Source: an uncultured Chromatiales bacterium
GTDB taxonomy: Bacteria > Pseudomonadota > Gammaproteobacteria > SZUA-140
Direction: 5' to 3'
DNA: 64,000 nucleotides
NCBI GenBank assembly: GCA_964581365.1
Contig: CAZOOF010000005.1
Span: forward strand, 12,872 to 76,871
Shown in pieces: positions 28,766-37,083 of the stretch. A program made the position numbers and the translations under genes. Position 1 is the first letter of the stretch. Each line of letters opens with the position of its first letter. The notes under the pieces are model-generated. The model made no database searches. It had not been told where the DNA came from and worked only from the letters and a program-made list of their open reading frames with translations.

Positions 28766-29173
28766 TCATTCCGTGCACTCGTAGCCGAGCAGGGACAGCC
28801 CCTCTGACAGGTAATCGGCTACCAGCGGTGTGGACAGCAGATATTCCGCCGTGCGCGGCGTCCAGTTCCGGCGCGCTTCCTCGACGGCCGCGTCCCATTG
28901 GTCCACGGTGAAATCTCCGCGTCCCAGCCACATCAGCGCGACCAGAGCCGTCTGCTGATCCGGCTCGAGATCATCGACGGCAGCGCGGAATTCTTCATAA
29001 GTCGGGTCATCGGCATGATCCGCCAGCACCATGTGCCCGATGTCGTCATCGGCGGGGCTGAGCGGCGTCTCCGGGATGACGACCTCTTCCTTGGCGTGAA
29101 ACTCCCGCGCCTTGTCGATCAGGAAACAGATAGTGATCGGATTGATCATCGGAAGCGCTTCGTCCTGAGGCAT
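28766..29173 (-). CDS. Conserved hypothetical acidic protein (possibly DUF3775-like)
   Basis: 135 aa, MINPITICFLIDKAREFHAKEEV..., lying downstream of glrR on the same strand. Confidence 0.45.
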   Translation of the reverse strand: MPQDEALPMINPITICFLIDKAREFHAKEEVVIPETPLSPADDDIGHMVLADHADDPTYEEFRAAVDDLEPDQQTALVALMWLGRGDFTVDQWDAAVEEARRNWTPRTAEYLLSTPLVADYLSEGLSLLGYECTE

Positions 29174-29253
29174 TCCTGTCTCTCCTGCGTCGAGGAAGTG
29201 ATCCCGTCAGCCTATCATAAAAACAGACTGCCGGATCTGCGGCCGTTCCCGTA

Positions 29254-30621
29254 TCAGTTCTTTGCGGATTTCGCGCTGCGGAAAGTTTCCGGATTGAGAT
29301 GGTAGCGATGCAGCAGCTTGTACAGTTCGGTTCGGTTGCGCTGCGCCAGCCGCGCTGCCTGCGTGATGTTGCCTTCGGTCATCTTGAGCAGGCGCATCAG
29401 GTACTCGCGCTCGAAGTTGCGGCGGGCGGCCGACAGCGAGGGCAGCGCGCCCGTCTTCAGCCGCAGCGCGCGTTGCACCAGGCTGAGCGGGATCACCGCA
29501 GTAGTGCACAGCGTGGCGGAGTACTCGACCACGTTCAGCAGCTGGCGCACGTTGCCGGGCCAAGGCGCGGTGACCAGCCGCTCCATCGCTTCGGGCGCGA
29601 AGGACTGCGCCTGGGTATCGCCATTGGCAGCGATTTCACGCAGGAAATGGTTGGCCAGCAGCTGCACGTCCTCTGGCCGTTCGCGCAGCGGTGGAATATC
29701 CAGCCGCACGACGTTGAGGCGATAGTAGAGATCCTCGCGAAACTGGCGTCCCTTCACCAGCTCGTCGAGATCGTGATGGCTGGCGGAGATGATGCGCACA
29801 TCTACCGGGATATTGGCGGTGGCGCCGACCGGACGCACTTCCTTCTCTTCGAGCACGCGCAGCAGTTTCGCCTGCAGCTGCAGGGGCATGTCGCCGATCT
29901 CATCGAGGAAGAGAGTGCCGCCCTCGGCGGCCTGGAACAGACCCTTGTGGTCGCGCGTGGCGCTGGTGAATGCGCCCTTGTTGTGCCCGAACAGCTCTGA
30001 TTCGAGCAGCGATTCGGGGATCGCGCTGCAGTTCAGACCGAGGAAGGGACGATCGCGCCGGGGGCCGGCCTTGTGTATGGCCCGTGCCAGCAGTTCCTTG
30101 CCGGTGCCGCTTTCACCATGGATCAACACCGCCGCGCTGCTGTCTGCGACCCGGCGCGCCTGTTTGAGCAGTTCGTCCATGACGGCGCTGCGGCTGATGA
30201 TCTCGCTGCTCCAATCCCCGCGCTCGCCGCCGTTCTCGTTGTTGACGACCCCGCTGATGCGCAGCGCGCGATTGATGTGATCGAGCAGGTCCTTGCTGTC
30301 GAAGGGCTTGGTGAGGAAGGTGAAGACGCCCCTCTTGGTTGCTTCTACCGCCTCGGGAATCGTGCCATGGGCGGTGAGAATGATCACCGGCAGGGTGGAG
30401 AAGCGCTCGTGCACGATGTCGAAGAACGCCATGCCATCCATGCCATCCATGCGCAGATCGGTGACAACGACCTGCGGCTGCCGCTCCTCGAGCAGAGCCA
30501 GCGCGCTTTCCGCGCTGTCGGCGGTCATCACCTCCCAGCCGGCGGTGTTCAGCCGGATGGAGAGCAGTCTGAGCAGATCGGGATCATCGTCTACCAGAAG
30601 AATCCTTGGTCGCATGGTCAT
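29254..30621 (-). CDS. glrR: Sigma-54-dependent response regulator GlrR/QseF (NtrC family)
   Basis: REC (ILLVDDDPDLLRLL...DLRMDGMDGMAFF...VIILTAHGTIPEAVEATKRGVFTFLTKP), an AAA+ sigma-54 activation domain (VLIHGESGTGKELLARAIH, GAFTSA, ESELFGH) and a C-terminal HTH (TELYKLLHRYHLNPETF). Near-colinear with E. coli GlrR. Confidence 0.9.
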   Translation of the reverse strand: MTMRPRILLVDDDPDLLRLLSIRLNTAGWEVMTADSAESALALLEERQPQVVVTDLRMDGMDGMAFFDIVHERFSTLPVIILTAHGTIPEAVEATKRGVFTFLTKPFDSKDLLDHINRALRISGVVNNENGGERGDWSSEIISRSAVMDELLKQARRVADSSAAVLIHGESGTGKELLARAIHKAGPRRDRPFLGLNCSAIPESLLESELFGHNKGAFTSATRDHKGLFQAAEGGTLFLDEIGDMPLQLQAKLLRVLEEKEVRPVGATANIPVDVRIISASHHDLDELVKGRQFREDLYYRLNVVRLDIPPLRERPEDVQLLANHFLREIAANGDTQAQSFAPEAMERLVTAPWPGNVRQLLNVVEYSATLCTTAVIPLSLVQRALRLKTGALPSLSAARRNFEREYLMRLLKMTEGNITQAARLAQRNRTELYKLLHRYHLNPETFRSAKSAKN

Positions 30622-30638
30622 GCTGCAGTACCTTCCTT

Positions 30639-31247
30639 CTAGGGTGCCTGTATCGGTTCGGGGCCGCCGCGTTCCCGCAGCTGCTCCTCGATGGCCTTGA
30701 GTTCGTCGAGCTGACGCTGCAGCGTCTCATTCTGCGTGGCCAGCCGGCCGATCGTGCGCGCGTTCTCGTCGAGGATCCGCAGGATCACCCGGGCAAACGG
30801 CGCCAGGGGATGCGTGCCGGTGTCCTCGAGCTGCCGGCGGATCTCGTCGTGGACGCGGGCCGCTGCCGCCCGGTCGCCGACCCGTAAAGTGGTCAGCAGC
30901 CCAAGCCGGACCAGATCGTCGAAGTCCCCGCTTTGCTCGTAATCGGTTCTCGCCTGCTGATACAGCCTGTTGCGCGCATCTTCCGCCGCTTCGAGCCAAG
31001 CGTCCGCAAACTGTATCACGAGCGATTCCGGCGCGGGATCCGGCACATCGCTACCCTCGTCGATCGATGGCGCCGGAGGGGCAGGATCCGCGATATCGTC
31101 GGCTTCGGGCAATTCTTCGCTTGTCTGCGGAGGAGGACTCTCGACGACTGGCGGAAGTTCCGCCGGCTCGCGCGAGTCGGGAATCAGTGCGCATGCCGTC
31201 AGCACCAGCAGTGCGCCCAGTGTAGCGAACCTAAGGGGAATTCTCAT
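30639..31247 (-). CDS. qseG: QseG/YfhG-like lipoprotein encoded between the kinase and the regulator
   Basis: Start MRIPLRFATLGALLVLTACALIPDS (lipobox) overlaps the kinase stop by 17 nt in another frame. Pro- and acidic-rich linker, then a helical C-terminal domain. Position and size match yfhG/qseG. Confidence 0.55.
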   Translation of the reverse strand: MRIPLRFATLGALLVLTACALIPDSREPAELPPVVESPPPQTSEELPEADDIADPAPPAPSIDEGSDVPDPAPESLVIQFADAWLEAAEDARNRLYQQARTDYEQSGDFDDLVRLGLLTTLRVGDRAAAARVHDEIRRQLEDTGTHPLAPFARVILRILDENARTIGRLATQNETLQRQLDELKAIEEQLRERGGPEPIQAP

Positions 31248-32766
31248 GCGACCGATCGGCCGCCTGTGGGGGTTGCGTATCGCAAGGCAGCGACACTCTG
31301 AAATGTGCACCGTGGCGGGTCGGGATGACCTCGATGGTGCCGTTGTGGAGGTGGACGAATTCCCGAGTGATCGAAAGTCCCAGTCCGGTGCCCTTGACGG
31401 GGCCGCTTGCGCGTGCGCGTCCCTGGTAGAAGGCATTGAAGATCCTGATCCTTTCATCCTCGTCGACGCCGGGACCTTCGTCCTGGACATCGATGACGGC
31501 GCGACCCTGGCGGCCGGTCAGCGATACCGTGACGCGGCCGTTGACGGGAGAGTACTTTACGGCATTGGAGATGAGATTGTCCACCACGCTGCGCAGCTTG
31601 TCGCGATCTCCAGCCACCGCGACCGGTTCCAGTTGTGTCTCTATGACGACTGATTTGGCGCGCGCCGGAAGCCGGTAGCCACTGATCACGTCGCCGATGA
31701 GCTGGTCCAGCATCAGCGGCTGCTGACGGACACGCAGCACATCGCGTTCCAGAATGCTGAAGCTCAGCAGGTCCTCGATCAGTTTCTGCAGGCGCAGGCT
31801 GTTCTGGCGCAGCATCGCGGCGATCTCGGCCTGTTCTGCATTGAGGGGGCCCACCAGCTGCTCACTGAGCAGATCGCTGCCTTCGCGAATCGTCGTCAGC
31901 GGGGTCTTCAGCTCGTGGGACATATGGCGCAGAAACATCAACTTCTGGTTTTCCAGAGTGAGAATGCGTCGACGCATCCATTCGAGACGCGCGCCGAGCT
32001 CACGCAGATCGTTGGGTCCGCTGATACTGATCTCGCGCTCGAACTGTCCGTCGCCGAGGCGGCGGATCGCCTGATGGAGGCGCCGCATGGGTTTGATGAT
32101 CAGAGCCGTAAACAGCATGAACAGCACGATGGCGAGGGGTATCAGGCTCATGGTCTGCCAGAAGAGCAGGTTCTGTGCGCGTCGCGCGAGCTGCTGAAGT
32201 TCATTGACGCTTTCACCGATGAGGTTGCTGCTTTCGGCGAGGATCGCCCGTGCCGCGGAGTTCAGCGTAGGGAAGGATTCGATCGCTGCCGCAATCGCCT
32301 GTGCATCCGATGACGGGTCATCCAGCAGGCGGAAGACGGTCTGCTCATGCTCGGCGATCGCGGAGATTGCATCCTGTTGCGACGATGACAGGTCTTTCAG
32401 TCCGCTGGCGAGCTGCTGGAACTGATGATGCCGGTCGCGATAGACCTCGAGCAGCGCGCGATCGTTCAGCACCTGAAACTGGCGCGCGCTGCGTTCCATG
32501 GAAATAAGGTGCTCGACCAGCATCCGGCTCGACTGGGTGGCGGCGACTGCCTCGAATACGCTGCGCTGAGCATGCTTGCTGAGACGGTCGACATAGATTG
32601 CCGCGGTGAGCAACGCGATGATCAGCGGCACCATCACCAGGATGAAGCTGATCAGAATGAGCTGGAGAATGGATCGGGTTCTAAGGAAGCTCACGCGCAG
32701 CCACGCCGTTTCGCCCGGCCGGTCTGCGATGTCCGGCATCCAGATGGCATATGCGCAGAATAGCAT
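31231..32766 (-). CDS. glrK: Sensor histidine kinase GlrK/QseE
   Basis: Two TM helices flank a periplasmic domain, then HAMP. H-box FLRHMSHELKTPLTTIREGSDLLSEQLVGPLNAEQAEIAAMLRQNSLRLQKLIEDLL closely matches E. coli GlrK, followed by HATPase_c. The true start may be the second Met (MPDIADRP..., about 32739). Confidence 0.85.
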   Translation of the reverse strand: MLFCAYAIWMPDIADRPGETAWLRVSFLRTRSILQLILISFILVMVPLIIALLTAAIYVDRLSKHAQRSVFEAVAATQSSRMLVEHLISMERSARQFQVLNDRALLEVYRDRHHQFQQLASGLKDLSSSQQDAISAIAEHEQTVFRLLDDPSSDAQAIAAAIESFPTLNSAARAILAESSNLIGESVNELQQLARRAQNLLFWQTMSLIPLAIVLFMLFTALIIKPMRRLHQAIRRLGDGQFEREISISGPNDLRELGARLEWMRRRILTLENQKLMFLRHMSHELKTPLTTIREGSDLLSEQLVGPLNAEQAEIAAMLRQNSLRLQKLIEDLLSFSILERDVLRVRQQPLMLDQLIGDVISGYRLPARAKSVVIETQLEPVAVAGDRDKLRSVVDNLISNAVKYSPVNGRVTVSLTGRQGRAVIDVQDEGPGVDEDERIRIFNAFYQGRARASGPVKGTGLGLSITREFVHLHNGTIEVIPTRHGAHFRVSLPCDTQPPQAADRSHENSP

Positions 32767-32769
32767 ATG
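32742..32769. promoter_or_regulatory. 10-bp perfect inverted repeat TGGCATATGC-N8-GCATATGCCA spanning the glrK start codon
   Basis: Read directly on the minus strand as tGGCATATGC TATTCTGC GCATATGCCa. It could be an operator or a 5' stem-loop affecting kinase translation. Confidence 0.4.
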
Positions 32770-32826
32770 CCATGTCGGACCGGCAGGCGCGGCGCCTGCG
32801 CGCCGCGCCGTCCATGATCAGCTAGA

Positions 32827-33069
32827 TCAGGGCTGCGAGCTGCCCTGGGGCGGGGTATCCATGTCGGACCCGGTTGTGCTGTCGCCGAACGGCGATCCGG
32901 TATCCGGTGCGCTTTCCTCGGGCATGGTCTGCGGCGCTGTCGTGGTATCCCGATCCATGATCGAACCCGGTTGCGTGTCCGTCTGCGGAGTCTGTCCATC
33001 ACCACCGCCGCAGGCGCTCAGCATCAGCGCCAGGGCAGCTGCACCCAAGGTGGCTATTGTCCGGTTCAT
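32827..33069 (-). CDS. Small acidic Ser/Thr/Pro/Asp-rich lipoprotein (80 aa)
   Basis: AGGAG 8 nt upstream of the ATG. MNRTIATLGAAALALMLSACGGGDG has a lipobox, and the rest is low-complexity and acidic. Confidence 0.45.
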   Translation of the reverse strand: MNRTIATLGAAALALMLSACGGGDGQTPQTDTQPGSIMDRDTTTAPQTMPEESAPDTGSPFGDSTTGSDMDTPPQGSSQP

Positions 33070-33118
33070 CGATGATCTCCTGTCTGCATATTCGTCATGA
33101 TCGTAGTCGCCTGCGCCA

Positions 33119-33150
33119 TAAAGCCGGCCGGGAGAACACCCGGCCGGCCG
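33119..33150 (-). terminator. Rho-independent-type terminator after the first EF-hand gene
   Basis: Perfect 10-bp stem GCCGGCCGGG / CCCGGCCGGC with a 6-nt loop, followed on the minus strand by TTTAT. Confidence 0.5.
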
Positions 33151-33172
33151 ACTCCCACATCACGGTCTGTCG

Positions 33173-33508
33173 TTACATGCCACCGTCGGTCGTACCACCC
33201 GTGCCATCCATCCCGGGGTCGCTGCCCAGGCCCGGATCGCTGGGCATGGAGCTGCCCGAGCCGCTGGCGCTGTCATACTCGTCCTGACTCAGTGAACCGG
33301 AACCGTCGCTGTCAGCGCTTTCCCAGTCCAAGCTGATGCCGGCGGCAGCGGCTTCCTCGCGGCTGATCTGACCATCAGCATCCGAATCAACCTGATCGAA
33401 CGAGGGGCTGGAGGCGCCGGGGACCGGCGGCACATCGCTCTGAGCGATGACCTGGGCGGTAGCGAAGGTAAGTGCCGCCGCGGCGGCCAGAGCAATTGCA
33501 GGTTTCAT
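33173..33508 (-). CDS. Secreted EF-hand Ca-binding protein (paralog 1)
   Basis: Trimmed to MKPAIALAAAAALTFATAQVIAQSD with GAGGAG upstream. EF-hand loops DSDADGQISREE and DSDGSGSLSQDE, then an acidic Ser/Gly-rich tail. Confidence 0.65.
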   Translation of the reverse strand: MKPAIALAAAAALTFATAQVIAQSDVPPVPGASSPSFDQVDSDADGQISREEAAAAGISLDWESADSDGSGSLSQDEYDSASGSGSSMPSDPGLGSDPGMDGTGGTTDGGM

Positions 33509-33599
33509 GGGATTCTCCTCTTCCGTGAGTGAAAAACAGCGGTATGCGGCTCGCGACCGGTTCGATGCCCGCAAGGGCGTCGCCGGGTCGCTGTCCGAG

Positions 33600-33866
33600 C
33601 TACATGCTGGAGCTTGAATCCTGAGTCGCGCTTTCGTATTCCTCCCGGGTCAGCGAGCCGTCGCCATCCGGATCGGCTTCCTCCCAGTTGATGCTGATGC
33701 CAGCCGAATCCAGTTCTTCGCGCGTGACCTGGCCGTCACCATCGCTGTCCACTTCATCGAAGCTCTTGTGATCGCCGGCGGCCAACTGCAGCTCGTCGGC
33801 ATGCAACACACCGGCCGCACCGAAACTGAGAGCGAGGGCGGCGGCTGCAGAAATGATGGTTTTCAT
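33600..33866 (-). CDS. Secreted EF-hand Ca-binding protein (paralog 2)
   Basis: AAGAGGAG upstream. Signal peptide MKTIISAAAALALSFGAAGVLHA and canonical loops DSDGDGQVTREE and DPDGDGSLTREE. Confidence 0.7.
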   Translation of the reverse strand: MKTIISAAAALALSFGAAGVLHADELQLAAGDHKSFDEVDSDGDGQVTREELDSAGISINWEEADPDGDGSLTREEYESATQDSSSSM

Positions 33867-33925
33867 GTGCGTCTCCTCTTGCGTAAATGGATGGTTCGAG
33901 CGGGCCGGCTGGCCCGCCTGATATG

Positions 33926-33943
33926 TAACAACTATCGTGCCAC
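33926..33943 (-). promoter_or_regulatory. Sigma-54 (-24/-12) promoter TGGCACGATAGTTGT upstream of the EF-hand gene
   Basis: Perfect -24 TGGCAC and correct spacing to -12 TTGT (consensus TTGC). The predicted TSS is about 50 nt before the ATG. Confidence 0.5.
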
Positions 33944-34007
33944 GCGCACGAATTCCTTATGGAATAGACTCTTGCGCTCGCCGGACGAAGCCGGCTCCGG
34001 TGGTTTC

Positions 34008-34093
34008 TGTCGGTCCGGAGCGACGCGGAAAACACAGGGTTTCGCCAAGCGCCTGAAGCGATGAGCGATTCGAGCTGTCGTCGCGGAGAGACG
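34008..34093 (-). promoter_or_regulatory. Two TGTC-N10-GACG motifs (putative GlrR-type enhancer-binding-protein sites) about 70-150 bp upstream of the sigma-54 promoter
   Basis: TGTCggtccggagcGACG (about 34008-34025) and TGTCgtcgcggagaGACG (about 34076-34093). They resemble the TGTC-N10-GACA GlrR sites described upstream of enterobacterial glmY. Confidence 0.4.
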
Positions 34094-34130
34094 GGGGGAG
34101 ATGAGGGGAACAACGAAGAGCAGAGAGGGT

Positions 34131-34160
34131 GAAAGCGGAGTTCGTGCTGTTTCCGCTTTC
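34131..34160. terminator. Perfect hairpin terminator downstream of the RRM-protein gene
   Basis: GAAAGCGGA-N11-TCCGCTTTC (9-bp stem), followed on the minus strand by a pyrimidine-rich run. Confidence 0.5.
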
Positions 34161-34187
34161 ACATGGAGCCTGGTCCCGATGTCTTGC

Positions 34188-34457
34188 CTATCTTCGCCTG
34201 CCGCCCCGTCGCTGTTTGCCGGCATCGTCGAAGCGCACGCGCAGTGATTTGCCGCCGTATTCCTTGCCATCCAGTGCGGCGACTGCGGCACGGGCTTCAT
34301 GCCCTTCCATCTCGACGAAACCGAAGCCGCGGCATTTGCGGGTAAAGACGTCGAAGGCGAGATGCACCGAGCGCACCTTGCCGAATCCGGAGAAGAGGTT
34401 TCCCAGATCTTCCTCTGAAGTGTCCTGGGGCAGATTGCTGATGAACATTTTTTTCAC
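34188..34457 (-). CDS. RRM (RNP-1/RNP-2) RNA-binding protein with an Arg/Gly-rich tail
   Basis: RNP-2 MFISNL, RNP-1 RGFGFVEM and a C-terminal RRGGRRR. Confidence 0.8.
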   Translation of the reverse strand: MKKMFISNLPQDTSEEDLGNLFSGFGKVRSVHLAFDVFTRKCRGFGFVEMEGHEARAAVAALDGKEYGGKSLRVRFDDAGKQRRGGRRR

Positions 34458-34526
34458 GGCGCGCCTCCCGGTCGCTGTCGTTGTGAGTGTATGCGCGTAC
34501 CCGGAAGCGCGCTTGAAATGCGGAGA

Positions 34527-34553
34527 ACCCGCGGCAGCCTCTGGCCGCCGCGG
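34527..34553. other. GC hairpin between the cold-shock and RRM genes (attenuator/terminator candidate)
   Basis: CCCGCGGC-N8-GCCGCGGG, a perfect 8-bp stem with no clear U-tract. Confidence 0.3.
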
Positions 34554-34567
34554 GCAAGAGGGCGGAA

Positions 34568-34774
34568 TCAGAGCTGAACGGAGACTTGCGTTGCCTGCGG
34601 ACCCTTGTTTCCGGTTTCGACCTCGAACGCTACGTTCTGGCCTTCCTGTAACGTTCGGAATCCGCGTCCCTGAATCGCGGAGTAGTGGACGAACACATCC
34701 GCGCCGCCATCAGTCGGCGAAATAAAACCGTAGCCCTTGGCTTCATTGAACCACTTTACCGTGCCTGTCTTCAT
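34568..34774 (-). CDS. Cold-shock protein (CspA family)
   Basis: 68 aa, [34 protein letters not shown], with RNP motifs KGYGFI and VFVHY. About 250 nt of 5' leader precede it, as is typical for csp genes. Confidence 0.9.
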   Translation of the reverse strand: MKTGTVKWFNEAKGYGFISPTDGGADVFVHYSAIQGRGFRTLQEGQNVAFEVETGNKGPQATQVSVQL

Positions 34775-35027
34775 TGAATCACCTCTGTCGTCGAACGATC
34801 AAACCGTTCAATCGCAAGTCTCGTCACGTTCCGTGGATTCGTTGCGTGATGTGAACAGAAGAGCGGAATGTTGCAATTGAACGTTCCTCCGGTAAATAAG
34901 GCTCCGCGAAATTGAACGGGCCGTACCTCGGCGACTATAGGCGCATCATTTGGTCATTGCAATACAGGAAAACCCTAAGGATGCGTAAGAGCGAGGAGGA
35001 GGAACGAGCCGGAAAAGAAGCAGGATT

Positions 35028-36599
35028 TCACTGATCGGCACTTCGTTCTTCGACTTCGACTTCGACTTCGGTTGCAAACGCGTGCGGATAGATTACCAGG
35101 TGGCGACCGGGTTCGCTGCCGACGCTCTCGGCGATCAGATGATGACGGCTCGCGACACGATGCTGAAGTCTGCGCAGTGACGCCGAGCGCGGCGCCAGCG
35201 TCACCGCGACACCTTCGGATAAAGCGCGCTGAATGCCTTCCTCGGTTTCTCTGACGGCCATTTCCGCCTCGCGCTCATCGAAGCCAGGCATCAGATTGAA
35301 GATATCGCGCAGCAGATGACGAAGCTGCGCAGTGGAATTCTTCTTGACCGCGTGTACGGTCGCTCCGCTCGCCTGGGCGATGCGCTGCAGTCGGCTGTCG
35401 CCGGTACGCGAGCGCAGCGCAATGATGAGCTGAGCCCGCTCGGGTCGATTGACGATGCGGGCATCGATCTGGAGATCGCGGATGACCCGCTCGAGGATAT
35501 CCCGGCTCAAGGCATACGGATAAATCCGTACTGTGCCGCGAAGATCGCTGGCGGACAATGGCCGGCCCCGATCGATCGGAGCTCGCGTCGCGCGTTGCGC
35601 GGTCGTGTATGTCTCTATCGGCTGCTCTCCAGCGGCGGTGCGCCGCACTGCTTGCGGGACGGCGCCGCGCAGCAGATCGTCGACCGCCTGCGCGGTGTCG
35701 GTGTGCACGATCAGCTCTTCGTGTCCGACGATCTCCACCACCGCGGTGAAGGTCGGTGGCGCCTTGCGTTCGGAGATAGTTTTCTGAGTGCCGCGGATTC
35801 GGGCTTCCTCGTCGCCCAGCGTCACCGTCTGCACGCCTCCCACCAGATCCGACAGCACCGGGTTGCGCACCAGATTGTCCAGGGTGTTGCCATGGGCGGT
35901 ACCGATCAGCTGTACCCCGCGTTCCGCGATGGTGCGCGCGGCGAGTGCTTCGGCAGCAGTGCCGATCTCATCGATGACGATGACCTCCGGCATGTGGTTC
36001 TCCACCGCCTCGATCATGACTGCATGCTGCGCTTCCGGCGAGGGCACCTGCATGCGCCTCGCGTTGCCGATGGCGATGTGGGGGATGTCACCGTCTCCGG
36101 CGATTTCGTTGGAGGTGTCGATGACGATCACGCGCTTCTGGAAGTCGTCGGCGAGCACGCGCGCGATCTCGCGCAGCTTGGTTGTCTTGCCTACGCCAGG
36201 CCGTCCGAGCAGCAGCAGGCTCTGACCGCCTTCGATGAGATCGCGAATGAGGTCGATGGTGCCGAAAAGAGCGCGGCCGACGCGCAGAGTGAGACCGACG
36301 ATGTCGCCGCGCCGGTTGCGGATGGCGGAAATCCGGTGGAGTGTGCCTTCGATGCCGGCGCGGTTGTCACTGCCGAAGGCGCCGACGCGGGCGATGACGG
36401 CGGCAAGGTCTTCGCGGGTGATGGCCGTCGAAGCGAGGTTCACGGCCTGGCCTGGCAGCCGCGCCTGTGGCACGCGGCCGAGGTCGAGTACGATTTCGAG
36501 AAGCTGGTCGCCGGCGTAAGGTCGGACGCTCTGCTGCAGCGCCTCCGGCAGGGTATCGATCAGGAGCTGGAGATCATCGGTATGCGATTTCAGGGTCAT
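35028..36599 (-). CDS. AAA+ ATPase with a C-terminal R3H nucleic-acid-binding domain (SpoIIIAA/Ycf45-like)
   Basis: Trimmed to MTLKSHTDDLQLLIDTLPEAL. P-loop LLLGRPGVGKTTKLREIARVL, Walker B EVIVIDEIG, sensor LIGTAHGNTL and a C-terminal R3H-like region. The 465-aa + ORF 35316..36713 is antisense noise. Confidence 0.7.
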   Translation of the reverse strand: MTLKSHTDDLQLLIDTLPEALQQSVRPYAGDQLLEIVLDLGRVPQARLPGQAVNLASTAITREDLAAVIARVGAFGSDNRAGIEGTLHRISAIRNRRGDIVGLTLRVGRALFGTIDLIRDLIEGGQSLLLLGRPGVGKTTKLREIARVLADDFQKRVIVIDTSNEIAGDGDIPHIAIGNARRMQVPSPEAQHAVMIEAVENHMPEVIVIDEIGTAAEALAARTIAERGVQLIGTAHGNTLDNLVRNPVLSDLVGGVQTVTLGDEEARIRGTQKTISERKAPPTFTAVVEIVGHEELIVHTDTAQAVDDLLRGAVPQAVRRTAAGEQPIETYTTAQRATRAPIDRGRPLSASDLRGTVRIYPYALSRDILERVIRDLQIDARIVNRPERAQLIIALRSRTGDSRLQRIAQASGATVHAVKKNSTAQLRHLLRDIFNLMPGFDEREAEMAVRETEEGIQRALSEGVAVTLAPRSASLRRLQHRVASRHHLIAESVGSEPGRHLVIYPHAFATEVEVEVEERSADQ

Positions 36600-36654
36600 G
36601 GCGGGCAATCTTCGCCAAACCTCCTCTGTTGCTGGCGGCAGGCACTCCTGCGGT

Positions 36655-37083
36655 TCAGAGCTGGATCTTGCCGCCTCCCGGCAGACCGCCGAGGCCGCCC
36701 GCGTCCGGAATGACGATCTGCGATGCAGCCTCTCGCCGCATCTCACGCAGTTCCTCGATAGTTTCCTCTGCGGCCTGCCGGGCGCCGTCTCCGAAGGCGG
36801 CAACTGCTTCTTCCAGTGAGGACGCGGGAATCTCGAAGCTGACGGGCAGGGCGCCGACGGGGGTCAGAATCTGGGTCTGGCCCAGGTAGATCACCGGACG
36901 GCGCGCGTCGTCGGCGCCGCTACGGTCGACCGGAATCAGGCGTCTGATCGTGCCGACGCGGCGATCCGTATAGGTCTCCTCTCGATAGAGGTCGTCGGCT
37001 TCCATGCTGAAATCGCTGCTGCTGCGGGGGTCGTCGTGGTTCACCGGGCGTGCTCCGGGCAGTGGGAAGAACATTACTCTCAA
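36655..37083 (-). CDS. Hypothetical protein
   Basis: 142 aa with coding-like composition, about 55 nt upstream of the ATPase on the same strand. I do not recognise a family. Confidence 0.4.
   Translation of the reverse strand: MRVMFFPLPGARPVNHDDPRSSSDFSMEADDLYREETYTDRRVGTIRRLIPVDRSGADDARRPVIYLGQTQILTPVGALPVSFEIPASSLEEAVAAFGDGARQAAEETIEELREMRREAASQIVIPDAGGLGGLPGGGKIQL

Noticed and set aside
29299-30000. 233-aa plus-strand ORF
   Set aside because: Antisense to glrR.
33570-33584. Second sigma-54-like element (CGGCGACGCCCTTGCG) upstream of EF-hand gene 1
   Set aside because: It has the GG-N10-GC spacing but a poor -24 box (CGGCGA). It overlaps the over-extended ORF, and gene 1 is more simply co-transcribed from the strong promoter upstream of gene 2.
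35316-36713. 465-aa plus-strand ORF
   Set aside because: Antisense to the R3H ATPase gene.
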